A DNA stretch of 64,000 nucleotides. Origin: Octopus sinensis (lineage: Eukaryota). Location of the stretch: contig NC_043005.1 of the NCBI RefSeq assembly GCF_006345805.1, positions 105,462,001-105,526,000 of the forward strand. Direction: 5' to 3'. The position numbers and the translations under genes were made by a program. Within the stretch, counting starts at the first letter, position 1, and every line of letters begins with the position of its first letter. The notes beneath the pieces are model-generated. The model had not been told where the DNA came from, did no database searches, and saw only the letters and a program-made list of their open reading frames with translations. Below are positions 26,192 to 40,105 of this stretch, in pieces.

Positions 26192-26196
<5 letters not shown>
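25664..26196 (+). repeat. Diverged direct repeat pair (25664-25790 and 26024-26196)
   Basis: Both copies begin ttcatgaggttagtgcttt(g/c)tgtgg and share catgcctttag and tattataa..atatttaatat..ttatagtatttt blocks. Confidence 0.8.
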
Positions 26197-26238
<42 letters not shown>

Positions 26239-27059
26239 ATACACATGTGTATATATGTGCGTGTGTGTGTGTGTGTGCATGTGTGTATATATCGGAAAGG
26301 CTCCGAAATAGTGTATCCTAGAGACAAACGGTTTTAATTTTCTAACGAGTTTCCCTTAATTTGCAATAAAAAGAAAAATACAATTTTCTACGAGAAATAA
26401 CTCAACATTTAGATCACCAAATCTGTCGCACTGCATCTATCAGGCTTTTACATTTTTTACGTTTTTCCCCTCTACATATATCTACCACACCCTTTTTCAC
26501 TCTGTACATTTATATCTCTCAAGCTTGCTTCTTTCTCTCTTTCTCTCTTTTTATATTACAAGCAATGCAATTTCAAAGCATCTATATATCTAAATATAAA
26601 TTATTTACATACCTGTTCAAACGTTTCACATGACTTTATTAAAACTTATTAAAACTTCTTACAACTTTCGGCTTTGTAAAAAAATTTCGTTGACATGATT
26701 TTGCTTCCAAAATCTGTTTTCTGATTGAGTAAAAATTATCAAACTTGAAATCTCTTTAACATTTTTCAAAATTTCTTTCTGGAATAAAGAAATCACAAAA
26801 TCGTATTCAGCCTGAAAAATTATCTCAATATTTCAAATTCGAAAATTTTCTCCATATTTTAAAATTCCAAAATCTCTGACAGCAACAGAAAAGATAGATA
26901 CCTCTCTCTCTATCTGTCACTCTCAGTCTCTTACGATTTTCTCTTCGTAAACTTTTCCATTCTGTGTATATATCTACCACATTCTGTGCGTACGTATATC
27001 GCTCATGCTGAGCGTCTGTGTCAGTATGTATTTGTGTGTGTGAATGCATGTGCGTCAAA

Positions 27060-27322
27060 AATTTTATCAGGACTACAAAATTGAAAGTCCCTCAAAATGC
27101 ATCAGCATCGAGCGAAGAAACATCTTTACATCTCTGCTTCAAATGGAAAAACCAAATCTTTGCTTATCGAGACATTATAAATTACCCCAAATGAAGCAGA
27201 AATCTGTCCTGAACAAGAGGCCTATCCGTCGGTGAAGACACGGTCTGATAGGGAAATGAAATTGAAATAAAGGCATTCTATTGTAAAAATTGCCCGGCAA
27301 CGACGGGCTCTTCAGCTAGTGT
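27060..27322 (+). mobile_element. HINE/Helitron-like element 3' end
   Basis: It ends aattgcccggcaacgacgggctcttcagctagt, a subterminal hairpin followed by CTAGT. Confidence 0.55.
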
Positions 27323-28099
27323 ACGTGTGTATACACACACACACACACACACATGTTTATATATATATATATGTACATACACATACACATACACACACAC
27401 TTATATATACATATATATATATATAAATATGTATGTATATATGTATGTGCTACGTGTGTGTGAGCGTGTGTGTATTATATGATCAAGAAGCTTGGTGTAT
27501 GCATGTATACGGAATATGCAATTGTCGTGTCTTCATTCAATATGCCAATACCTTGCCTATAACTGATTATATAGTGACGGTCATATCACCAAATATGTAC
27601 TTAATAACCTTGAGTGAGAAAATAACAAATTAGAACGAAAAAAAAAAGACCTACAGAAGCAGATAAGAGAAATTTTTGCGAAATTCAATCAGTTAATGGC
27701 ATGGTCAGAATATTCAGCATTTTAGAAAGGCTCAGTAATTAAGTACATGTATTATTATATAAGCATCGATAATATATATTTGTTTGTTTGTGTGTATGTG
27801 TTGTGTGCGAGTGTGTGTGCGTATATTTGTGTGCGTGTGTGTGTGTATGTATGGATGTAAATTTATATTATATTTATATTATAGTATATTATATATGAGT
27901 GTGTTTATGAGTGTATAGTGGTTTGTTATGTAGAGAAAACAATAAATCTGAACCGGGAAAAGAATTCTCTACATTCAAAGCAGAGATTTTATATAATTTT
28001 TTTTCTTTTTTTCAAACGAAAAGAAATATTTCATTGCTCCTATGCACCGTTTGTTTCGCTCTTACAAACTCATCATGGCAAAAAAATAATAATAATAAT

Positions 28100-28405
28100 A
28101 ATAATTACATATGTATAAGTGCATGTATGGATGCAAGTATAAGTGTGTATGTAAGTATGTATGTATGTATGTATGTATGTATGTATGTATGTATGTATGT
28201 ATGTATGTATGTATGTATGTGTGTGTGTGTATGTATGTATGTATGTATGTATGTATGTGTGTGTGTATGTATGTATGTATGTATGTAAGTGTGTGTATTT
28301 CTCTGTGTGCGTGTGTATATATATATATATATGTATGTAAGTATGTACGTATGTATGTATGTATGTACGTATGTATGTACGTATGTATGTATGTATGTAT
28401 GTATG

Positions 28406-28436
<31 letters not shown>

Positions 28437-28644
28437 GTGTGTGTGTGTATATACATATACGTGTGTGTGCGGTGTATATATATGTATATATACATATATA
28501 TATATATACATGTGTGTGTGTGTGTGTGTATCCATATATATACATATACATATACATATACATATATATATTATATATATATATATATAACATGTGTGTG
28601 TGTATCCATATATATACATATACATATATATATATATATATAAT

Positions 28645-28675
<31 letters not shown>

Positions 28676-28897
28676 ATATCTCTTGTGTATTTGTATGTAG
28701 TATGTATGTATGTGTGTGTGTATGTATGTATGTATGTATGTATGTATGTGTGTGTGTATGTATGTATGTATGTATGTAAGTGTGTGTATTTCTCTGTGTG
28801 CGTGTGTATATATATAGATATATATGTATGTAAGTATGTACGTATGTATGTATGTATGTACGTATGTATGTACGTAGTATGTATGTATGTATGTATG

Positions 28898-28928
<31 letters not shown>

Positions 28929-29047
28929 GTGTGTGTGTGTATATACATATACGTGTGTGTGCGGTGTATATATATGTATATATACATATATATATATATA
29001 CATGTGTGTGTGTGTGTGTGTATCCATCTATATACATATACATATAC

Positions 29048-29083
<36 letters not shown>

Positions 29084-29116
29084 GTGTGTGTATCCATATA
29101 TATACATATACATATA

Positions 29117-29171
<55 letters not shown>

Positions 29172-29250
29172 CTCTGTGTTGTATGTATGTTGTATGTATG
29201 TACGTACGTACGTACGTATGTATGTATACACACACACACATACACATAGA
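28100..29250. repeat. Microsatellite mosaic duplicated with about 491-bp period
   Basis: Anchors gtaagtgtgtgtatttctctgtgtgc (28285, 28776) and acgtgtgtgtgcggtg (28459, 28951). Confidence 0.85.
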
Positions 29251-29496
29251 TACAAGCTCCTAATTGTGAAGGAGAAGAAAAACGAGTAGTGTGTGTGTGT
29301 GTGTGTGTGTATGTGCGTGCGTAAGTACACCATATTTTTTTTTATCTTGTCCTGGTTCCAGCATTATTCTTCTGTTCTCTTCACCATATCAGTTATCTGC
29401 CCCACACCCCATCAAATTCTATTTTTTCTGCACCCGGAGCTACAGTTTACACAATCCTATAAAAATACAGATGCAAACACGCATATTCACACACAG

Positions 29497-29528
<32 letters not shown>

Positions 29529-29806
29529 GCGTGCGTACAACACACAGACAGAGCACACACCCATACAGGCAACATAACATAACACTCATTTAATTTACTC
29601 AAGTTAACCAACATACTAGTTCACCTATAAAAATATAGAACCAACCCTACCTGGCGTGCACACTTCCCCACTTCCACACACATTCCAACACACACACATA
29701 CTTTGATATGGAATCACATACGTAGTCACATACACTGAACTTCTCTCACACACACACACATTTATTAATAGATTCATAAAACAAATGACCATACATGCAC
29801 ATTAAT

Positions 29807-29859
<53 letters not shown>

Positions 29860-30167
29860 AATCTATCTATCTATCTATGTACCTACCTACCAACCTACCA
29901 ACCTACCTACCTACCTACCTACCTACCTACCTACCTACCTACATACATACCCTCCTACCTACCTACCTACCTATCCATCCATCCATCCATCCATCCATGT
30001 CCTTTTCTTACGTATGAATATACATAAATATTGAAAATACAATATATATTATATATATCATATATACATGGCGGTGCCCCAGCATGGCCACAGCTCGTGA
30101 GCTGAAACTAGATAAGATAAAATAAAAACACACATATATATATATATATAGTATATATATATATATA

Positions 30168-30235
<68 letters not shown>

Positions 30236-30263
30236 ATATGTATATGTATATATATGTATATGT

Positions 30264-30322
<59 letters not shown>

Positions 30323-30812
30323 TACACGTATACATCTCTATGTATTTGCTAATATATATATATTTGTATATATGTATGTATATATGTATGCGCGTTTGTG
30401 TATGTATGAATATGAACACATATACACACGATTTATGCTTTATAAATTTACTTATATATCTACTTGTGTGTGTGAGTGTGAGTATTTATAGAAATAAACA
30501 GGCATATATGTACCCACCAATACATACATACACGCATTAATGATTCCACAGAAATGTTGGTGTGAAGTCTGTGATACATCTCAAATTCCATTTACCATTT
30601 TATCTAGCTATATGATATGCCAGCAGACTTCTCTCACACAGAATTCAATTAAGTTTTCTTCTTATTTTCTTTTCTGCATTTATATATTTATTGTGCCACT
30701 GTTTTTTTTTACTTTGCTTTTGTTTACGCTGCTTCTTTCAGACATACACACACGCACACACAAAATAGATTCATTTACACACACAGACACACACACACGG
30801 AGATAGGTTTAT

Positions 30813-30887
<75 letters not shown>

Positions 30888-32099
30888 ATATGTATATGTA
30901 TATATACGGATACACACACACACACACGTATTGACGCATGCACACACATACAAACACAAATGCAAACTCCGAGATTTTCTTTTTAGCATTTAAATATTTG
31001 TTGTTTGATTTTATTTTTTCCTTCGTGTTATTGTTTTGTCACCCCCTCTTTGTCTCTTTTCCCCGCTTTCTCTATGAATTTATATATCTATCTCTATATA
31101 TTTTCTGACACACACACACACACACACACGCACGCACATACACACACACACACACACATACTCCTTCCTAGTCATGTTCATCCCTCGTTCTCTCGATTTC
31201 TCAATCAATATTTTAAAAAAACTGAATGCAAGACGCCTGACTGGTGGTAGTCTATATTGGCAAGAACTATATTTATTGGTATCAAAGTAAAAATGTTGTT
31301 TGTGAGGGAGAGCTTCAGACGTTTCGGACAACTGTCCTTCTTCAAGTAACAACGTTTTCACTACACATTCTTTCCTCTTAGTCTACACACATGTTCTTCC
31401 CTTTCATTCTGTATTTCTGTCTCTCTTTACATGTGTATATATAAAGAGAGAGGGGACGGAGTGAGAGGGAGAAAGAGTGTGTTTGTGTGTGTTGTCGGGG
31501 TGAAGATGTGGTCGCGAGGATGGACGTAGTAGGAGGAATGGTAGTAATGTTGAGGTTGAGAATGGTAGTGTTATTGCTCGGGTTGCTAGTGTAGAGCTCT
31601 GGCATTAGTTGTTGTTTAGCTACAGGCCAGCTCAGACAAGGGAAAACTTATTATCGAAGATATTCTAGCATAGGTCATTCCATCTTTTTGATGTAACAGG
31701 ACTACATTGTACAATGTGTTCGACCATTTATTTAAACAGCTAATTCTGAGGGATATATGGTGCCTTTTGTAGGTTTTACATTAGCTCATGGTTATTGTTG
31801 TTGTTATTGTTATAGTTGATGATGAAGATGGTGATGATGATGGTGATGATGATGACGATGATGAAGACGACGATGATCAGGAGGAAAACACTGTTATTGA
31901 TATATACTCATGAAATATGCACGCGTAGGGTGAAGTAACGATCTATCTATCTGTCTGTCTGTCTGTCTGTTTACCTGTCTGTTTTTCTATCTATCTGTCT
32001 GTCTTCTGTTTACCTGTTTGTCTATCTATTTACCTGTCTGTCTGTTTCTCTCTCTCTCTCTCTCTGTACCTATGTGTTGTGTGTGTGTCGTTGCGTCTG

Positions 32100-32250
32100 T
32101 GTTTGTCATCACCCTATTACCACTTGGCAACAAGTGTTGGTGTGTGTATATCCCCGTAACTTAGCGGTATGGCAAAAGGGAACAATAAGTACCAGGCTTA
32201 AAATAGATAAGTTCAGGGACGGATTTCTTCGATAACAGGTAACAGAATAA
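32100..32250 (+). mobile_element. SINE 3'-half fragment
   Basis: tccccgtaacttagcggtatggcaaaaggg..ataagtaccaggctt matches 63430-63485 of the intact SINE. Confidence 0.6.
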
Positions 32251-32492
32251 AAGAATACATACATACGTACGTACACACATGCATACATACACACATGCAT
32301 ACATACCTACGTAGGTACATCCATATACCTCAGTTTTTTCTTTCCTTCTCAGAAACTAATAGCATTATCTTTCTTCACTCTCCACCCTGAATTGCAGTTC
32401 GATTCTTTTCATTTGATATTTCCCGACCCAAATTAAAATACCTTGTATTTTGGTTTGGGCTCACCGCAGTAATACATATATATATATATATT

Positions 32493-33021
32493 ATGGTGGC
32501 TGCCCCCTCGTTATCGAGTATGGCCATTGCACGAAGCTTAATCAATGTTGTTATCGTGCAATGCCTGTGCAAGAAGATTTTTTTTAAAGTGAGGAAAGGC
32601 TGTGCACTGAGTCAATCCCACTCACTAAGCAACAGCAGTCATAATCCGAAAAGAAGAACAAGTCAACATCATCGGTAACCACTGAGCCGCAGGTTTTATG
32701 TCGGAGTTATCCCAGTTACCTGAGTTACCTTCTCCTAGAAGGATGCCCTTCACTCCCAATGGTTTAACTGCGCGATCGGGTATTCAGTCCGATTATTTCT
32801 ATGTCCCCGCGCATGATACAGCCTTAAGACATTTATTGGATGGCCGACTCTCAAGAGTTCCTCCGCCCTTGACGGTTTTTTTTTCATCCCCCGCAGGGTA
32901 TCCAATAAACACCCTCCTCACCAAGCAAGCTTCGTGGGGTTGCCGGTTTAGTCGCCGACGACCCCACCATGCAACAGTTGTACTGGGTTACATGTTACCA
33001 GTAGCACTCGAAAGTGACCTG
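32493..33021 (-). mobile_element. Non-autonomous RTE-related element (about 530 bp) within (TA)n
   Basis: Its terminal 45 bp (32497-32541) are identical to the RTE 3' end at 60683-60727. No coding remnant is recognisable, and TA runs flank both sides. Confidence 0.7.
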
Positions 33022-33086
33022 ATATATATATATATATAATTATATATATATATATAATATATATACATACATACATATATACATAC

Positions 33087-33118
<32 letters not shown>

Positions 33119-33405
33119 CTATATATATATTGTTGAGTTTGGGGAGAGTCATACTCCCTTAATAGCTAACATGCTTACATACACACCGGTTCAATTTCTA
33201 CTCGTAATTTTCCCTTCCAAAATTTTTGAAAAACAGTTTAAATAATAAACGAGTGGAAATTGAACCGGTGTGTTAGATATTAAGAAAGTGTGAATCTCCT
33301 CAGACACAACAAAGTTTGTTTCAACACACGAATTCATATGAAGAATCTTGTAAACCAGATAAAAAAAAACTACGTACGCGCGCGTGTGTGTATCTATATA
33401 AACAT

Positions 33406-34035
33406 ATATCGGTTTGGCAAGAAAGTAATTTCTTTTATCGCAAATAGATAGAGTTACAATTATCTTCAATGACTTTTGTAAATTTTATGATTTTTTGTTT
33501 TGACATTTGATAGCCATTACTTTTTATTTTACTTTAAAAGCAAATTGCGCGTAAATTTGTTTGCAGCTGTTAATTCAGCGTCAATTTTAACATGGAGTGC
33601 AAAATCGACCATTTTCGTCGTATTTTGTCTTTTATTTTTGTAAAAGCAAGAAAGCTGCTGAGGTTCACAAAGAGATGTGTGAAATTTATGGTGTTGATTG
33701 CTTAACAGAACGCACGTGTCAGAAATAGTTTTAAAAAATCCGTTCTGGAGATTTTTCACTCAAAGATGACCAACGTTTTGGTCGACCTACTAAAATTGAT
33801 GATGACTGAATCAAAGCCATAATTGAATCTGATTGTCATATAACTGTGCGAGAAATTGCAGAGAGGTTAAATGCATCAAACACAACAATTGAAAATCACT
33901 TGAAATGTCTTGGACTCGTTAAGAATCTCGATATTTGGGTTCCACATAAATTGAAAGAGATTCATTTAACACAACGAATCAATATTTGTGATATGCATCT
34001 CAAACGCAAAGAAATCGACCTTTTTTTGGAAAGAA
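33406..34035 (+). mobile_element. Mariner transposon 5' half (transposase pseudogene, ATG 33592)
   Basis: MECKIDHFRRIL, KKAAEVHKEMCEIYGVDCLTERTCQK, RSGDFSLKDDQRFGRP and TVREIAERLN..IWVPHKLKEIHLTQRINIC (WVPHEL motif). Confidence 0.9.
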
Positions 34036-34174
34036 ATCATCACTATATATTATATGGAATCTCTACTCTAAATATTATTCTTAACGTCTAGATAGCCGGG
34101 ATATTTGTATCGAGTGCTGCCTAAGGAATACGCCGAGATTTTGCGGAATCCAAATTTAAGGTATGTATGTATGT

Positions 34175-34477
34175 ACTAGCTGTTGACTTAAGCCCACCTC
34201 TGACCTTGTATTGAATAAGCATTTCCTTAGAGACTATTCTATCGATTTTGTTGAAATTTTACATGTGAAAAAATGCAAAAGCTGCAGGAAAAATAACATC
34301 GTTATGGGATTTTGCATTCAAACGCCCGATTGAGCTCACAAAAATCGATGCCAACTAAGCATTATCGAGTTTTCGGAAAAAATTCTGGTCTTATTTGAAC
34401 TTCAGGGCATGTGATCTGCCTGTGTGCCAAAAATCATTAAAATCGGTTGGACGGTGTGGGAGGGGGTAGAGTAACCC

Positions 34478-34520
<43 letters not shown>
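34175..34520 (+). mobile_element. HINE-like element fragment
   Basis: It starts actagctg. It contains gccaaaaatcattaaaatcggttggacggtgtgggagg followed by (CA)n, a layout typical of DINE-1/HINE 3' regions. Confidence 0.45.
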
Positions 34521-35452
34521 GAACAAACACAGACGACATTACACATTTATGTATATAGATGTATGTATGTATGTGTGTATATATGTATGTATAAATAGAT
34601 ACATACATACATACACATACATATACACATACATACATACATACATACATACATACATACATACATACATACATACATACATACATACATACATACATAC
34701 TACAGTGTGGCCCGTTCTTCAGAAGGGTAATCTTTCTAATCCTACAAAACATTTTTTTAGAAACCTTTGGTCGATTGTGAATGAAAATATTCCAGTCAAG
34801 TTGCATATTTATGTCACACATTGGTTAATACTTCTTGTCAATACTTTTTGTCACACATTGGTCAATACTTTCTTGTCGCTAAACGCATCGCTGCAGCATG
34901 TATCAATGTGTCTATCTCAAAGTCAGGTTCTATCAACATCGTTGTGCCTCAGAGATTGTTAATGTCACCCAGATTCTTATTTCACCACTACTTAAGTTTT
35001 CCTTCTTTCAGCTCCAACGTCGCTCTCCAAATGTGCACAGTATCTTTCTTATAGTATCTGTAGCGGTTTTTCTGAACAAAGGACACACTCACAACATATG
35101 CGAAACAAAATATTCGGTGATATATACCAACTTCTCTAGGCTTGCTGTCACTACAAGTCTCTCTTTACTGTCGCTATAGTTTCGCAGTTTGTGAGGGTCT
35201 CCCATGGAAACTACACACGCATTATATCAACAATGACTTAAGTCAGGAAATTCTTCAGGCTTGGTCATTCAGTGACTCTACAGAAGGATCAGGCAAGACC
35301 TATAATGAAGTTACTTGTCACATGTTTAGACTATTGCTGCTGATGTAGTTTCACACACTTACATACTAAAACTCATCTGTAAGAGTCACTCATGAATACT
35401 TTTCAACTACTTAAACTCTTCGAGGCCTAGTAGAGTCAGGTGAGAGAATTAT

Positions 35453-35554
<102 letters not shown>

Positions 35555-35682
35555 GTCTACATATATACATACATACCTACATACAGACACACACATATAG
35601 ACATACAGACATACATACACACATACATACACACATACATATATTCATACATACATACATTCATATATTCATACATACATAG

Positions 35683-35713
<31 letters not shown>

Positions 35714-36412
35714 GACATACAGACATACATACACACATACATACAAGCATACGTATATACACACGTATATGTGCGTGTGTGTGTTCATGCATGCGTGTGC
35801 ACTTAAAAAGGTGACTTAGAAATTCAATAAATGGATATCGAGAAATTATGTTACCAGAATGAAATCTGTAATGTTGTTCATTTGTCCGAAGCCAGTAAAA
35901 CAATAAAAAAGAATCCTGTGTTTATGCGTGTGTATGTGTGTCCATGTGTGTGTGTATATATATATATATATACACATGTATTTGTACATATATATATATG
36001 TATGTATGTATGTATTTAAATACATACACACATATATATATATTATATAAATACACACATAAACAGCCATTGTTACTACGGATGTGTATGTGTGTATGTA
36101 TGTGTATATATTGTATAAGTCTAATACATTCATATATGCAAGAATCCATGTACATATGTATTCTTCTCACCGTTTCTATTTGACATAAACTATGGTAGGA
36201 GGTGTGAAGGATGTGTAAGCCTCTTCAAAGAATCCCATGAATCTTCTGCTTTGTAAGAATTCCACAAAAACTTCGCTCTGATTAATTATTTTTCTTGCCT
36301 TTTTATCTTTGTCTTTGAGTCTGGCAGAAAATGTCAGACTCACTTCTTACATTTAACTTCTACTTATAGTGTGGTGGTAGTGGAATGGTGCGCAAGTTCC
36401 TTCTCACTCTTT

Positions 36413-36447
<35 letters not shown>

Positions 36448-37477
36448 TCTCTTTCTCCCTATCTTGGCGGTAGTAGAATGGTACACTATATCTCTCTCTT
36501 CCTTTCTTTCCCCTCGTCCCCCTCTGATGGTAGCGAAATGGTGCACACCCTCTTCTTCGGTTTTTATTACTCTCAGCTCTCGCTTACTATTTTCTTCTCT
36601 CTCTTTCTCTCACCTATCTCTCTTACTCCCTTTCTCACTCTCTTTCTACACACACACGCACATATATTTTATATGTAAGTATGAATATACATACGTATAC
36701 ATACACACATACGTATTTGTATATGTGTATATATATCTCCTCTTGCGGCCACTCAATCACACCCTTACTCACCCCTCCTACTCTCTCAGTTTCTTTACCT
36801 TTTTCTTTCTATCTCCCCCTCTTTCTCTTACTCTGCATGTCTGTTTCTTTCCCTTTCTCTCTCTCCAGTTTATTTTCTCTCTTTCTCTCTGACACATTAT
36901 CTTCATTTTGTATTTTCTTAAATTCTTCCTCCCCACTCTGTTCCCTCCCATCAAACATTACTCCGTCTTTGCTCCCTCCTCTCTCTTTCTCCCACTCTTT
37001 CTTTACATCTAAGATGTCTCTTTTTGTTACTCAGATTTCCATCTCTCTCCTACTCACCTTCATTCTTTCGGCCTTATCACCCTCTCTCATTCTCCCCGTT
37101 TTTCTCTTCATCCGTTTGTCCTTCTTAAGTTTTAACTCTCTCTCTCCTTGCTTTCACTTTGACCCTCACACACACACTCACTCTATCTCTCTACATTGTT
37201 TACTCCGTCTTCCTCATAATTCTCTTCCTTTCTCTTCCTCCCTTTCTTCCACACAACCTTATCCCTATTGTATCTTGTCTCTTCATTGTTTCTCTATCTG
37301 TTTTTCTTATTCGCTTTCTACATAACAATATCTTTTCTATCACTCTATATCTCAGACACATCTTTTTCCCTTTCTTCTCAGACTCGCTCTCACGCTCTAT
37401 CTGCCCCACTCCTCTTCTGGTCGCTCATAATTCTTTTACACACGTTTTATCTATACCTGTCTTTTATCTATCATTCC

Positions 37478-38735
<1,258 letters not shown>

Positions 38736-38764
38736 GCTATCTATCTCTCTCTCTATCTTCTCTA

Positions 38765-38835
<71 letters not shown>

Positions 38836-38873
38836 GTATGCATATGCATATACATATATATGTGTATATATAT

Positions 38874-40069
38874 TGTTACGGTTGGCTAGGTACATTTCTG
38901 GTGACCCACATAGGAATAATGGCACCATGATGTCTGGTGAAATGTGACGGGTTCTTTGTCTAATGGAGGACTGATGGGTTTTGGAATGACCTGTGACCTC
39001 GTGTGGTTGATAAGAGGGTCAGTGAGAATACAAGTGAAAGGGACAGATTAAGGGCTGAGAGCAAATAGAGATAGAGTATAAGGCTAAAGGGACGGATGGA
39101 GAGGCTAAGAGACAGCAGGCGATATAGGTAGAGTAAGGAATCAGATAGCAAATAGAAAGGCTAAGAGACAGCAGGCGATATAGATAGGGTATAAGGACCA
39201 GGGCAGTTAGAAAGGGTAAGAGCGATATAGACAGAGGGAGATGAGGGGAGTGGAAGTCAGGACAAGGAAGTGAGGTTCTGGGCAGTCGTTGAGCGGTCGT
39301 CGAGGAGCACAGACGGACCTTGGTTTTAAGGAGCAAGCGTTGGAATTCCTGGGAGCGAGCTGGGATGCGAGGAGGCCTAGGAGCGAGCGATTGGAATATG
39401 CACAGAGGGGAATTAGCAGAGTATTCAGAGGATTTAGCAGTATTAAGAGATGAGTGCAGAATGGGACACTGGCGATTCAGTTAGGAATTAAGGTATGTGT
39501 TGTGCATTGATATGTGTCACGATGTAAAAGAAAAGAAGAGAAAGAAGAGAGAAAAAGAAGGACTCTGTCGATGTAGTCGATAAAGAACATTGTGAATTGA
39601 GTAAAGGACTTGTTGAATTGTAACGTGAATTGTTGTGATACGAACGTTGTATAATGTATCGAAGTGTTCTGATTGGACTGTGACGTATCGTGAACATTAT
39701 TTGATCTGGACTTGTTGTGTCGTTAGTGAACACTGTTATATTGTTACATGCATGTTGTTAAATGCTTTGATCTGTGGTATACCGTATGATGTATTGATTT
39801 GTTGTTTGCCTTAAATGTATTTGATGTGTAGCAATTGATTGTCGTATAAACTGTTGTTTGAATATAAGCCAGTGTTGCCAGTTGTTGCCTTGCCTCTTTG
39901 GGTTGTATCTCGGGTTGTGCCTCTGTATCTCTGTGCTGCTGTGGTTGTTGAGGTTGTGGCAGTATCTATCTGTATCTCCTCTCTCCGCCTCTTTGGGCTC
40001 CGTGACGGAACTTGTGTGTGAGCCGTTCGGGACGGGCGACGGCGGGCGATTCCAGTCCGTTCCGCAACA
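38874..40069. mobile_element. Solo LTR (about 1196 bp)
   Basis: Termini TGTTACGG...CCGCAACA, ATAT 4-bp TSD (38870-38873, 40070-40073), non-coding, and an internal direct repeat ggctaagagacagcaggcgatatag x2. Confidence 0.75.
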
Positions 40070-40074
40070 ATATG

Positions 40075-40105
<31 letters not shown>

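Noticed and set aside
29330-29460. Cys-rich minus-strand cassette DCVNCSSGCRKNRI after a good acceptor (EGF-like)
   Set aside because: All three frames stop within 15 codons and the match is too short to distinguish from chance.
27911-30540. Long ORFs of up to 324 aa made of YI/CV/HT/MY repeats (also at 44.8-45.6, 56.1, 57.4 kb and elsewhere)
   Set aside because: These are translations of TA/TG/TATG microsatellites that lack stops by construction.
32800-33021. HDV-like ribozyme at the 5' end of the RTE-related element
   Set aside because: I could not fit P1/P2/P3/P1.1 pairings by eye, so it is left as a test rather than a call.
34700-35440. Possible hAT/Tc1 relic (tacagtg start, EEFPDLS) or plus-strand exon with GSGKT
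   Set aside because: Neither reading has enough motifs. The Walker A first Gly is missing and no second TIR was found.
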